DNA from: Heteronotia binoei
Lineage: Eukaryota
Direction of reading: 5' to 3'
Assembly (NCBI RefSeq): GCF_032191835.1
Contig: NC_083225.1
Coordinates: 99,138,001-99,202,000, forward strand
DNA length: 64,000 nucleotides
A program made the translations under genes and the position numbers. This document shows positions 10,702 to 21,542 of the stretch, piece after piece; position 1 is the stretch's first letter, and every line of letters starts with the position of its first letter. The notes under the pieces were generated by a model. It worked only from the letters and a program-made list of their open reading frames with translations. It searched no databases and was not told where the DNA came from.

Positions 10702-13700
10702 ATCAATCAATCAAAAGCCTTTATTGGCATATATCAGATTATCAACAAACAAATAAACAGCTACAGAAATAATAAAACAGTCATATGCAGCTATACATTG
10801 GACAATTGGTCCTTGATTACCAGACTCAAGAATAAAGCAACACTTTCAGTTATTTCAGATGACAAATCATTCAAAAGACGGCAAACCTTTACAACATCTG
10901 AGCAGCCTGTCATATTGAACAGAATTGGATCTAGAAACCTAAGGCGTAAAGAATCATATAGGGGACAATGAGTCAACTTGTTTTAAATTACATATACATA
11001 GTCTTAATGAAAGTGGGATTTTTTTATATCTACCATAGGTAACTGCTGATGGGATTGTATTGCATCCAGCAAGGGTAAATGCTCTACGCTATTTTGGAAC
11101 ATGGAGAGTTGATAAATAAGAAGGCAGATGACCAATAGTAGGGGAAATTCCAAAATTCAGAGGGGAGCAAGATTTGTTTGCAGCACTCATTAGATTTTGT
11201 AATTCATTATCTAAAATTCTGCGTTTAATTACATATTATGCATTTGTAAGAGGAAGCATGTAAAGAGAATCCATAGACAAACCTAAGGTGATTATTTTCT
11301 TCTCTATGCAGGAAATCCATTTGGACGAGGAGGATCCCGACAGCATTTGATATATACAATTCCCACAGTTGGCGGAATAGTGCACATGTAGCCAGTATTT
11401 GATTGATATAAGCCATGCTCTAGTTTCTAACATATTGAGGCCTGTTTCTAAACGAAGAGTGGCATATGAGACACAGCATGGTAGGCCCATGATTTTCCTA
11501 GCAAATTTGGACTGAACATTTTTCATATCAGACTCAAAGGCACTAATCCAAGTTGGAATGCCATACAATGACTGCGGGATTACTTTGGCCTCATAGATTT
11601 TTAAAGCCACTGGAACAAACTGGTTGCCTCTATTAAAGAAAAACCAGGAAATGGCTGATGCAGTAATGGCTGATAAGTTAACTGCAGATTTACGGTGACA
11701 TGTTCAGGACATATTGTAACTAAAATGGAGATATAGGTATTTAAAATGCCTGACCTGTTCTATTTCTTTCTCATCAAACAGCCATTTGTGGATTTTACAA
11801 GACTTAGCAAAAATCAGAATCTTAGATTTTTTGTAATTCAGATGCCGTTTTTCTTGAAAAAAACTGAGACATCTATTCAACAGTCATCTAAACCCAACCC
11901 TTGTACGAGAAAGGAGTACTGTGTCATCCGCGTATAGTAAGATGAGTATACTCATAGAGCCCAATTTTGGGGGGTGGCAGTCTACTTCTATTAGTACAGG
12001 AGCCAAATCATTGAGAAATAGATTTAATAAAAAAGGAGCAAGTATGCATCCTTGTTTAACTCCTTAATTGAAGGGAATTTTAGGCGTCAGTTCCCCAGTA
12101 GTTGGAAGTTTTGATTTGGCAAGTGGTAGAGGAATGTAGAGTTATGATTAGTTTGAGAAGTCTCTTATCAATGCCCAGTTGATGGAGTTTAATTCATAGT
12201 CGTTCTCAGTTTTTATAATTTTTATTGGTTTTAACTACAAAAAGATAAAGCAGTGCAAAAGATACATAAAAAGGGGAAAGGGGCATTTACAGAATGGGAA
12301 AAGCAGAAACAGAAAAAAGTACAAATATATCAATTATAATTCTACCTCCAAATAGACTACCCAGATCATTCTACCTGAAGCATAAAGATCTCCATATATT
12401 TTACCATCCTTTCTTTCATTACAGAAAGAATACTAGCAATATGAATCTAAACAATTCTTCTTGAACACAAATAAGTATATAAAGTTAAGAAAAAAATTTC
12501 AAAACCATCTCAGCACCAATTTTGCCTGATTTAGCTTAACCCTATTATAAGTACAAATTAAATTGTTGGTTTAACAAAATCCTTATTAAAATAAACACAT
12601 AGAAAACATATCTTTATCTTTAACAAATTACAAAAAATACAATTTAATAATTTGTCTACCTCAGTCTAAACAGTTTCTCCAAAGAGGCATGTTAGAAACA
12701 AATCTACCAGATTACAAAACAATTGTGCTATCTACCTTTTCAACAATTAATCCAACTCTTATATCAATATGAGAATTTTTCACCAATTAAACATACTATG
12801 AATAAATCTGCTATATAAAAAAAATGTGTTATCTGCACTCTTTAGCATTAATCCAAATTAACTATATATTTAATTAAAGTTTTAACAACTCCCTTCCTTC
12901 TTTAGGATCTCCCATGTTCTTTTAAAATCACATATCTATTCATTATTAATAATTGCATATTTGCTTACTGACAAAAAACAAAGAAAAATCAGAGTTCAGG
13001 AATCCTTCTTCCCAAAATTTAAACACTTTTAGATTCCTTTTAACTTCCATATCATATTACACCAGAGACAACCACTTAATGCGACCCAAACATCACACTT
13101 TGCCTTTTAAAATCGCATGTCACTTCTTAGTAAGAGTTCCATATCCAGCGATCCACAAGAATGAGAAAAGTTCAAAATCCTTCTTCCTTAAAGCTTTCCA
13201 CATCTTAATTTGCTGGTCGGGATGTACCTTTTCTCTTCTCAATGAGAGGAAGAATTCAACGCCATTTTTCCCTCTCCACATGACTTCACTGAATCTTAAT
13301 TTCCTGTCTTGTTTTACTGCTGTGACATAGGGATCCATTTTGGTTTTCTTTTGTTGGTTTCAGAGCATAACACTTTCCCTTTCCAGTTCCACGGACGTCA
13401 GCAGAATCTCTTTAGCACTCTAGTAGATTTTCAATTTCGCTAGCTTTCAGCATAAGAATACCCACTTGCTCTCTAATAAGCTGCATTAATGAGCCAAGAT
13501 CTTGTCAGAGAATTAATATTGCATAAGAAATCTTTTTTAAAGACATTTCGCTAGGCAGTGCCATTTTTCTCTGACAGCAAACTCAGTCTCTTAATCCAAG
13601 TTGAAAAGTAGCTTCAGGGTCCTGTTAAATCCACATTCCACAACAGCTCCCACTGAGATTTAAAATGTTATCATTTCAAATACAGTCAGGCAACAGAGAC

Positions 13701-14541
13701 AGATCTCTCTAAAATATATCTCTTTTATGTTCAGATCATATTGCAGCTTAATGATAGTCTCTTTTGCATATGTCCAATAATAATCCGGGTCGCATTTGTA
13801 TTCAATCCAGTTTAAATAGTTAGCGATACTTAAGATTGCTTGTAGACTTTTTGAGGCCTCATTTCTCTTCCTTTGCGCTAGCCTCTCGTTGTTATGCAAA
13901 GTGACCCATTAGCCAGCGGTATTGAAAAGTCACTTGTCAAGTAGAATTGCCACATTAGAAGTAGAAAGACACTACATCAAAGGCGTACTGAGAAAAGAGA
14001 AAGCAAGCAAGCAATCGGGTGTTCATCTTTTTCTGCTGGTGCGCCAGCTTTCATGGCTGTGGAGCCTCGGGACATGCAGGAAGGACAGGTTTCTTACCTG
14101 TAACTGGTGATCTTCGAGTGGTCATCTGTGCAATCACACATATGGGTAATCCGCAGGATTGGCCCTAACTTCGGAGAATTCAAAGCAATCTTGAGCATTA
14201 GTTTGGCGTGCCTCCCACTCGTCCTGGGGAGGAGGCATCGTCTGCACATGCCTGGACGAGGGGGAGGTGCCTAGCCACTCAGTTTCTTCCCGCCGCCGAA
14301 AGGTGGAAAATTTAAGATGAGTATCCAGCAGCGGGGAAGGCTGGGTGGGTTTGTGTGATTGCACAGATGACCACTCGAAGATCACCAGTTACAGGTAAGA
14401 AACCTGTCCATCTTCTTCGTGGTCTCTGTGCAGTCACACATATGGGTGATTAGCGAGCTATTCCCTCAGGAGGAGGGTGCTGGATCTGCAAGAATAGGCA
14501 AGTTAGGAAAAAACAATAGCAAGAGTGGTACTCACGATCAG

Positions 14542-17361
14542 TCAGTCAAAGATGGAGCGCAGTACAGCCTGTCCAAAGGACGAGTCACGCCGGGCACGAA
14601 CATCAAGGGCGTAGTGCGAGGCGAAGGTAGACGAAGAGGACCAGACTGCAGCGGCACAGATGTCCTCTATTGGGATGCCTTTCAGGAATGCTGACGATGT
14701 AGCTACGGCTCTGGTAGAGTGAGCTCGTATGTGCTGTGGGACTGGCTGTTTTGCCAGTTGGTAACATAACTCGATGGCGGCGACAAGCCATTTCGAAAGT
14801 CTTTGGGTGGATATTTTACTACCCATGTTATGAGTTGCGTACGTGACAAAGAGTCTCGGATCCTTACAGAATTGTCGAGTCCTGTCTATATAGAAGGCGA
14901 GGGCTCTACGAGCGTCCAAGTTATGTAAGGCCCTCTGACCTGCGTCCGCAGGGTGCTGGAAAAAGGCCGGTAGGGTTGAAGGTTTCCCTAGGTGGAAGGG
15001 TGAGACGACTTTTGGTAGGAAGGTAGGGTCGGGGCGGAGAACCACTCTGTCGCTATGAAAGATAGTGTACGGTGGGTCTGCCCTGAATGCACAGATATCG
15101 CTGGCTCTTTTGCCCGTAGTGAGTGCTGTTAGCAACGCCGTCTTCCAGGACAGCAGATGAAGGGGGATGGATGCCATAGGTTCAAAGGGTGGCTTCATAA
15201 GTTGACTTAAAACAAGAGAGAGGCTCCAAGTTGGTAAAACTTGTCGGATTGGAGGATGCAGGCGAATAATGCCCTTGAAAAAGGCCTTGGTAGCGTGGTG
15301 AGAAAAAACTGTCACACCTTCAATGCGAGGGTGGAAAGCAGAAATAGCTGCAGGATGGACCTTCAGGGAGGAGTAGGAAAGTCCCGTCTTGGAAAGCGCT
15401 AGGGTGTAGGACAGAAACTGGGAGATACTAGCGCGGCTAGGGTCAAAGTTATGCTGTGAGGCGTAGTGCGAGAAGCGCTTCCACTTGAGTGAATAGGATT
15501 TTCTGGTGGATGGCTTCCTGGAGTTCACTAGGACCTGACGGACTTCGGGAGGGAATTCTAAAAACTGATCTTCCAGGCCGTCAGTTTCAGTGATGCTGGG
15601 TTGTGATGCAAGACCTTGCCATGTTGTTGTGACAGGAGGTCCTGTGCTCGCGGAAGTTGAAGGAATGTGTTGTTGGACAGGAGCAGCAGGGTGGTAAACC
15701 AGGGTTGACGTGGCCACCAGGGAGTTATTAGGATGCAGTTGGTGCGGTCCACTTGTATTTTCTGTAGGACTCTGGTGATGAGTGGAATTGGAGGGAAGAG
15801 ATAGTGGAGAGTTCCCTTCCAGGACTGGAGGAAGGCGTCCCCTCGGGAGAGTTGGGACGGAGGTCCTCTCATGTAGAAGTGGGTGCATTGGGCATTCGAT
15901 GGGGATGCAAACACATCTATCTTCGGGGTACCGAAGACCTTGAAGATTTGTCGTATGTATTGTCTGTTGATGGCCCACTCATGATCGTTGGTCGAGTGAC
16001 AGCTCAGGGCATCTGCCTGGACATTCTCGATTCCTGGTAGATGGACGGCTGTGAGAAAAATGCCTTGACTGATACTCCAATGCCATAGTGCTAGGGCCCT
16101 CTTGCAGAGTCTGGTGGAAGTGGTGCCCCCTTGTCTGTTGATGTAAAAGACGGTGGCGATGTTGTCGGAGGTGACCTGGACATGGCAGTTCTGTAGAGAT
16201 GGGAGGAAGGATCTCAGAGCTTTGTGAACTGCAAGAAGTTCTAGGCAGTTGATATGGAGGGAGCTTTCGTAGTCCGTCCATTGGCCTTGCACTGTGAGGG
16301 CTCCCAAGTGGGCTCCCCATCCCCACTTGGAACCATCTGTGGTGACGATCACGGAGGGAGGTGCCTGTTTGAATGGCATTCCCATACGGAGATGACGTTC
16401 CATCGTCCACCATCTCAAGGATGGGATGATGTGTGATGGGAGGGACAGCAGCGTGGACTGGTGCTGTCTGTGCGGGTGAAAGGTCCTGATGAACCACATT
16501 TGTAGAGGTCGCATGTGTAGCTTTGCAAAGCAAAGGACTGCAGTGGTAGCTGCCATTAGACCTAGCATTCTCTGGTAGGTGAGTGCTGGTTGGGTGCGGT
16601 GAGCAATGATTGTGCTGGCTAGAGACTGGATGGTGAGTACTCTGTCCTGTGGCAGGGAAGCTGTTTGGGAGATCGTAGAGATGTCTGCTCCTATGAATTG
16701 AATTGTCTGAGTGGGAGTTAGTTTGGACTTTGATATGTTGACTTGGAGGCCGAGTGTGGCCAGAAGGGAAAGGGTAGTGGAGACGTCCAGTCGAAGTTGT
16801 TCTCTTGAGTGGGCGACGATCTGCCAGTCGTCTATGTACGGATAGATTGATATCTTTTGTTGACGCAGTGCTGCGGCCACCACCGCCATACATTTGGTGA
16901 AAACTCTCGGCGCCGTCGAGAGACCGAATGGGAGGGAGCGGAATGGGAAATGTTGATTCCCGATGGCGAATCTGAGGAATCTTCTGTGATGGTGATTGAT
17001 GGTAATGTGGAAATAGGCATCCTGTAGATCTATGGATGCCATCCAGGCTTGTTCTGGGATGAGTGGCAAGATTGACTGAAGGGTAATCATGCGGAATTTT
17101 TTGTAGGTGATATGAAGATTGAGCTTGCGGAGATCGAGGATGGGGCGGAGTCCTCCGTCTCTTTTCGGCACCAGAAAGTAGCGGGAGTAGAATCCGGTTC
17201 GCTGATATTGTGGCGGTACCCGTTGTATCGCGCCCTTGTCCAGCAAGGTTGTGATCTCTGTTTGGAGGGGTGCGGATGGTGGTGTGGTGAGAAATCTGTG
17301 ATGTTTTGGGGTAGACGTGAATTCTATTATGTAGCCCCTTTGTATGATCTCCAGGACCCAT
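14542..17361 (-). CDS. DIRS tyrosine-recombinase ORF overlapping pol, with one internal TGA at 15981-15979
   Basis: ORFs 15979..17361 and 14542..15978 are contiguous in one frame; YR motifs GKRASD, HSTR, W, HY. Confidence 0.88.
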
Positions 17362-19676
17362 GAGTCTGATGTTATGGACTCCCAGGCGGGGTAAAAGGGC
17401 TGCAGTCGTGTGTGTAGATGGAGGTTTGGCTGAAGGCAGGCATCTGGACGTCTGGGGGCAGGGTGGTCAAAGAGAAGGTTTGGTAGTGGTGGTGGCCTTT
17501 TTGGATGTTTGAGGGCGTGCCCTCTGCTGAAAGGGCTGTTTGGACTGGGGGGGGGGGGGTTGCGTCTCCATGCCTCCGGTTGTCTTGGGGACCTGGAGTT
17601 CTTGTAGTAGCTTGGTCTCCAGTTCCTTTGCCTGCTGAGTTGGGGTTGGTGTTGGGTGACCCCCAATCTCTTTGCTCTCTTCCTGCTGTCGTCTACAGAT
17701 GTGAGAATATCATCAGTGGTGGCGTTAAACAGGCCGAGGCCGTCGAAAGGTAAGTCCTCAATTTTGTACTTGATGTCAGGTTGGAGGGATGAGGATCTAA
17801 GCCATGCGTGTCTGCGCAGGGCTATAGCCGAGGCGAGGGTCCTGGAAGAGCACTGAGCAGCGTGGCGCGCTGTATTAATCTGTTGCTTGCTTACCCTGGC
17901 CAGTTCTTGCAAGGCATTAGCAGCTGGTTTCTTTGTTGCCTCAGGTAAGGAAGGGACAAGGGTATTGAGGTAGTTTGTTAGGTTATATGCATAGGCCGAG
18001 AAATATGCCATGTAATTGTGTATTTTAGTCGTGGCCGTAGTAAGGGAGTATATTTTCCTGCCGATGGTGTCGAGCTTCTTGCCTTCCCTCTCTGGGGGCA
18101 CTGGGTGTCTGGTTTGCTTCGACTTCGAGGAGGAATGCACAATCATCGAATTCGGCGCTGGGTGGTTAAATAGGAACTTCGATTCGGGTACATGGACTTT
18201 GTAGAGGGCTTCCACCCTTTTGGAGGTTGGAGGCACGGACGCCGGTTTATCCCACGCCTCCTTGAGAGTTTCAAGATGGACGGGGAGCATGGGGAAAGAG
18301 GAACTTGAAGGAAGGTCCACATGCACCAGGTCATACACGACGTCGGAGACCCTGGGGGCGTCGGTATTGAGTTTAATATTCAGCGAGTTTGCCATATTCG
18401 AAAGGAGGTCCAGGTAGGATTTAGGACCTTCTGATGGAGATAGCTCAGCTGGCTTGGCTATATCAGAGGCCGGGGAGTGTAAATTTGTGGTAGAAGAGTC
18501 GGAGTGTTCCACTTCGGAGTCGTCATCGGTTTCATGTAGGGGTTCGGCCAGAGGTTCCAGGAGCGGAGGTTGTTTGGCAGAGGCGGCAGATGTAGACCTG
18601 GTCGGTGAGGTCGGTTTCAGCTCGAAGGTGTGAGCAGGCTCTTCACGGTACCGAGAGTGTTCATCGTAGTCAGAATGGCGTCTGCGTGGGGGAGAATCTC
18701 GGTATCGAGTCCGATCAATTTTGTAGCTATGGTCCCGGTAATAAGGGGACTCGTGGCGGCTGTGGTAGGAACGGCTCCTCGGGTCCGGATGCCGGTAAGC
18801 GTCGAAGGAAGGGGATCTGCGATGTCTCCGTCGATCCCGAGGGGACGGTGATCTGGACCTCGAGGGGGAGTAGTAATGGTACCTTTCTCTCCGACGGCTG
18901 TGAGATCGTTGGCGACTGCGAGATCGTGGTGTGCGGAGACGCGGTGGTATCTCCCTCGGGGTCGAGGGTTCTCTGATTAGAGAGAGAGCTGCCAGTGGTT
19001 GAAGGGGGATTTCTAGGAAGGCGCGAGCGTCGATGAGGCGTTGGCTTCTGGTGTTGCCGGGTGAGTCGACATAGAGTATCTGCTCGGGTGGAGAGTTGGG
19101 AATCGAGGGAGATTTAGATGAGATACGCACGATCTCTAGCGGTGTAATGGCTGGCGTCGACGTCGACTTCGAAACTGGTGTCCTCGGAATGGAGGTGCTG
19201 GAACTCGTGATCGGGTTTGAGGTCGCAGGTTTTGCTGATGGGTCGGATGACTTATGTCCCGTCTTGGGCTTCTTCGGGGGCTTGGTGCTGGTCGACTCTG
19301 CATGAGTGGAGTCGGATCGGCGGCGCTTTTTGGCGTCATCAGACTTTTTGGTGTGTTTCCCGGACTTAAGCTTGCAGGGAACCTGAGCCACGGAAGCTGC
19401 CGGCTGCGCCACTCCCGAGAGAGGTAGGGAAGATGGCGAGGGTTGTTGTGCCACGTGGGGCATGGTTGGTCGCAGAGAGGACTCCATAAGATGGCTTCTG
19501 AGTCTCGCGGTGCGGTTTTTGCGGGCCTGTTTGCTGAATTGGCTGCAATGCACGCAGGTATCTGTGCGATGTACCTCGCCAAGGCAGAATAGGCACAGGG
19601 AATGGCCGTCCGAAGAAGGGATTTTTGAAGAGCAGCGAATGCAGCGTTTAAATGTTATTTTGTCTCTTCCTTCCAT
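15558..19676 (-). CDS. DIRS Gag-RT-RNaseH-methyltransferase ORF (1372 aa from ATG 19676; fused in this copy)
   Basis: N-terminal CxxC...HxxCxxC...HxxxxCxxC zinc motif; ASIDLQDAYFHI, LPFGLSTAPRVFTK, YPYIDDW (RT); TTDGSKWGWG, HINCLELLAV, SDNIAT (RNase H); IDVFAS...YLFPP (Dam-like MTase). Confidence 0.92.
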   Translation of the reverse strand: MEGRDKITFKRCIRCSSKIPSSDGHSLCLFCLGEVHRTDTCVHCSQFSKQARKNRTARLRSHLMESSLRPTMPHVAQQPSPSSLPLSGVAQPAASVAQVPCKLKSGKHTKKSDDAKKRRRSDSTHAESTSTKPPKKPKTGHKSSDPSAKPATSNPITSSSTSIPRTPVSKSTSTPAITPLEIVRISSKSPSIPNSPPEQILYVDSPGNTRSQRLIDARAFLEIPLQPLAALSLIREPSTPREIPPRLRTPRSRSRQRSHSRRRERYHYYSPSRSRSPSPRDRRRHRRSPSFDAYRHPDPRSRSYHSRHESPYYRDHSYKIDRTRYRDSPPRRRHSDYDEHSRYREEPAHTFELKPTSPTRSTSAASAKQPPLLEPLAEPLHETDDDSEVEHSDSSTTNLHSPASDIAKPAELSPSEGPKSYLDLLSNMANSLNIKLNTDAPRVSDVVYDLVHVDLPSSSSFPMLPVHLETLKEAWDKPASVPPTSKRVEALYKVHVPESKFLFNHPAPNSMIVHSSSKSKQTRHPVPPEREGKKLDTIGRKIYSLTTATTKIHNYMAYFSAYAYNLTNYLNTLVPSLPEATKKPAANALQELARVSKQQINTARHAAQCSSRTLASAIALRRHAWLRSSSLQPDIKYKIEDLPFDGLGLFNATTDDILTSVDDSRKRAKRLGVTQHQPQLSRQRNWRPSYYKNSRSPRQPEAWRRNPPPPSPNSPFSRGHALKHPKRPPPLPNLLFDHPAPRRPDACLQPNLHLHTRLQPFYPAWESITSDSWVLEIIQRGYIIEFTSTPKHHRFLTTPPSAPLQTEITTLLDKGAIQRVPPQYQRTGFYSRYFLVPKRDGGLRPILDLRKLNLHITYKKFRMITLQSILPLIPEQAWMASIDLQDAYFHITINHHHRRFLRFAIGNQHFPFRSLPFGLSTAPRVFTKCMAVVAAALRQQKISIYPYIDDWQIVAHSREQLRLDVSTTLSLLATLGLQVNISKSKLTPTQTIQFIGADISTISQTASLPQDRVLTIQSLASTIIAHRTQPALTYQRMLGLMAATTAVLCFAKLHMRPLQMWFIRTFHPHRQHQSTLLSLPSHIIPSLRWWTMERHLRMGMPFKQAPPSVIVTTDGSKWGWGAHLGALTVQGQWTDYESSLHINCLELLAVHKALRSFLPSLQNCHVQVTSDNIATVFYINRQGGTTSTRLCKRALALWHWSISQGIFLTAVHLPGIENVQADALSCHSTNDHEWAINRQYIRQIFKVFGTPKIDVFASPSNAQCTHFYMRGPPSQLSRGDAFLQSWKGTLHYLFPPIPLITRVLQKIQVDRTNCILITPWWPRQPWFTTLLLLSNNTFLQLPRAQDLLSQQHGKVLHHNPASLKLTAWKISF

Positions 19677-21191
19677 CCGCCCGGGGGAGGGAGGAGACGG
19701 GGAAAAAGTTCGAAGATAGTAAGAAAAGCCTTTTTTTTTATATACGATACCAGAAGGTGAAGGAGAAGGATGAGAAGGCGAAGAAAGGACGTTGGAGGTA
19801 GATTGCAGTGAAGAAATCGGGAGACTCAACGAGGTAGGTGTGATCCGGTCGGCGGTAAAGAAGAAACTGAGTGGCTAGGCACCTCCCCCTCGTCCAGGCA
19901 TGCGCAGACGATGCCTCCTCCCCAGGACGAGTGGGAGGCACGCCAAACTAACGCTCAAGATTGCTTTGAATTCTCTGGGGTTAGGGCTGATCCTGCGGAT
20001 TACCCATATGTGTGACTGCACAGAGACCACGAAGAAGATGCACAGGGCCAGCTGCTGCTGAACCCCTACCTCCCCACAAAAGTCCCATGCTGAAGAAAAA
20101 TCCCTCCAGGGCTTTTCTATGGGGGCGCCACTTTGGTGACACCCCTCCAACAGCCGGAATCAAAGGCACCACAGGAGGACGATCTGCGGACACCTCTGAA
20201 GGCAAGATGACGGAGCCCGGAAGTCGCTAATCCATAGTTGTTCTCTATCTACAGAGTTGAATGCCCCTTTAAGGTCCAAAAAAGCTGCATAAAGTTTGGA
20301 ATTCCCAGTATATTTGTCAGCCAGGTGTGCTAGAGTGATACAATGATCTACAGTAGATTTACCCTTACTAAACCCAATTTGTTCAGAGCCTAAGACTCTT
20401 TGCTGGGACATCTAAGAAGTTAATTTAGTTAATAGATGCTTGGCGTATAGTTTGCCTATAATGGAAAGAAGGCTGATTGGCCCGTAATTAGAAGGAATTG
20501 TACAGTTACCTTTCTTGTAGATCGAGACTACAACTGCATTTTGCCAAGCATCAGGAATAAGGCCCATTTGATTAATCATGGTAAAAAGGGAAGCAAGAGG
20601 GACAGACCACCATTCTGGATTTAACTTTAAGAGCTCTGGGGGAATCAAATCAGGGAGCTTTCCCAGTTTTCAGTAGGTTGATTAATTCTATTACTTCATC
20701 TGGTGTCACAGGTGTCCAAGCTGGTAAGTTCTTATCATAAAAATCACATGGCTTAATGGTACAATCTTGGTTTTGCTGTAATAAGTCAGAGAAATATTGA
20801 AACCATGCACATGATGGAATCACAGACATGGGGAGAGGCCCCACACATTCAGACCCTGAGGTTATAGCCCAGAACTTCTTAGAATTGTTTAAAATAGTGG
20901 CTTGGTATAGTTGATCCAACTGATGGTGCAAATACTCTAATTTTTTCTTTGTTATGCTCTTCCTTAGCTGTTTTTTTACTTGGAAGTACTTTAAAAGAAA
21001 AGAGTTGTTAGAGATTTGGAATTGGCTATAGATATTACGTAATTGAGTTCTTCAGTGAACCAAGTGTTAATGCCCCTATTGCTTCTCTTTGTGGAATGAT
21101 TAAGTTTTATATTGAGTGACTGAGAAAAATGGGAAATCAGAGTATTGTAAGCTGAGGATCTTTGGTGTGGGATCCATGCTATCAATTATAG

Positions 21192-21316
21192 CAGGGGTGG
21201 CCAACGGTAGCTCTCCAGATGTTTTCTGCCTACAACTTCTATCAGCCCCAGCCAGCATGGGGCTGATGGAAGTTGTAGGCAAAAAACATCGGTAGAGCTA
21301 CTGTTGGCCACCACTG
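21192..21316. mobile_element. 125-bp palindromic hAT MITE
   Basis: TIR caggggtggccaac / gttggccaccactg; TSD aattatag/aattataa; related copy at 30974-31109. Confidence 0.8.
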
Positions 21317-21542
21317 AATTATAAAGACTCTAAGATCAGAAAAAGATCTGAGTTGAAGTAGCTCAGATGCCACCTGCATAGAATAGTTGTTCCATACAAT
21401 TTTAGGTAAGATTTCTGGTTCAGAGGTCAGAGAAACTGGTGGATGGAAAGGGGCAGCAAAAAGACTGGTTCTGAGTGTTAGGATCAGAGGCAGGTGGTTA
21501 CTAAATACAAAACCTCCAATCTCAAAGTTCAAAACACAAGAT

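Larger units (their letters stand above)
14083..20039 (-). mobile_element. Full-length DIRS1-like tyrosine-recombinase retrotransposon (5957 bp)
   Basis: ITRs ~19861-20023 / ~14126-14288; internal complementary region 14352-14447 matches both termini; gag, RT, RNase H, methyltransferase and YR domains present; no TSD. Confidence 0.97.
12201..20227 (-). mobile_element. L1-derived element, ~2.07 kb without the nested DIRS; apparently ORF1-only (HAL1-like)
   Basis: 11-bp TSD taat(t/c)catagt (12190-12200, 20228-20238) splitting RTEX RT at QLWI|KLHQ; 5' end GACTTCCGG plus YY1-like CCGTCATCTTG; 3' AATAAA and A-rich tail; degenerate ORF1-like remnants ~13000-13900; no recognisable ORF2. Confidence 0.55.

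Noticed and set aside
19677-19829. N-terminal 51 codons of the 1423-aa ORF in the track
   Set aside because: Not ATG-initiated, low-complexity leader; the first ATG (19676) sits directly before the Gag zinc motif.
14419-19941. Many short plus-strand and third-frame ORFs across the DIRS
   Set aside because: By-products of a GC-rich dual-coding region; no motifs.
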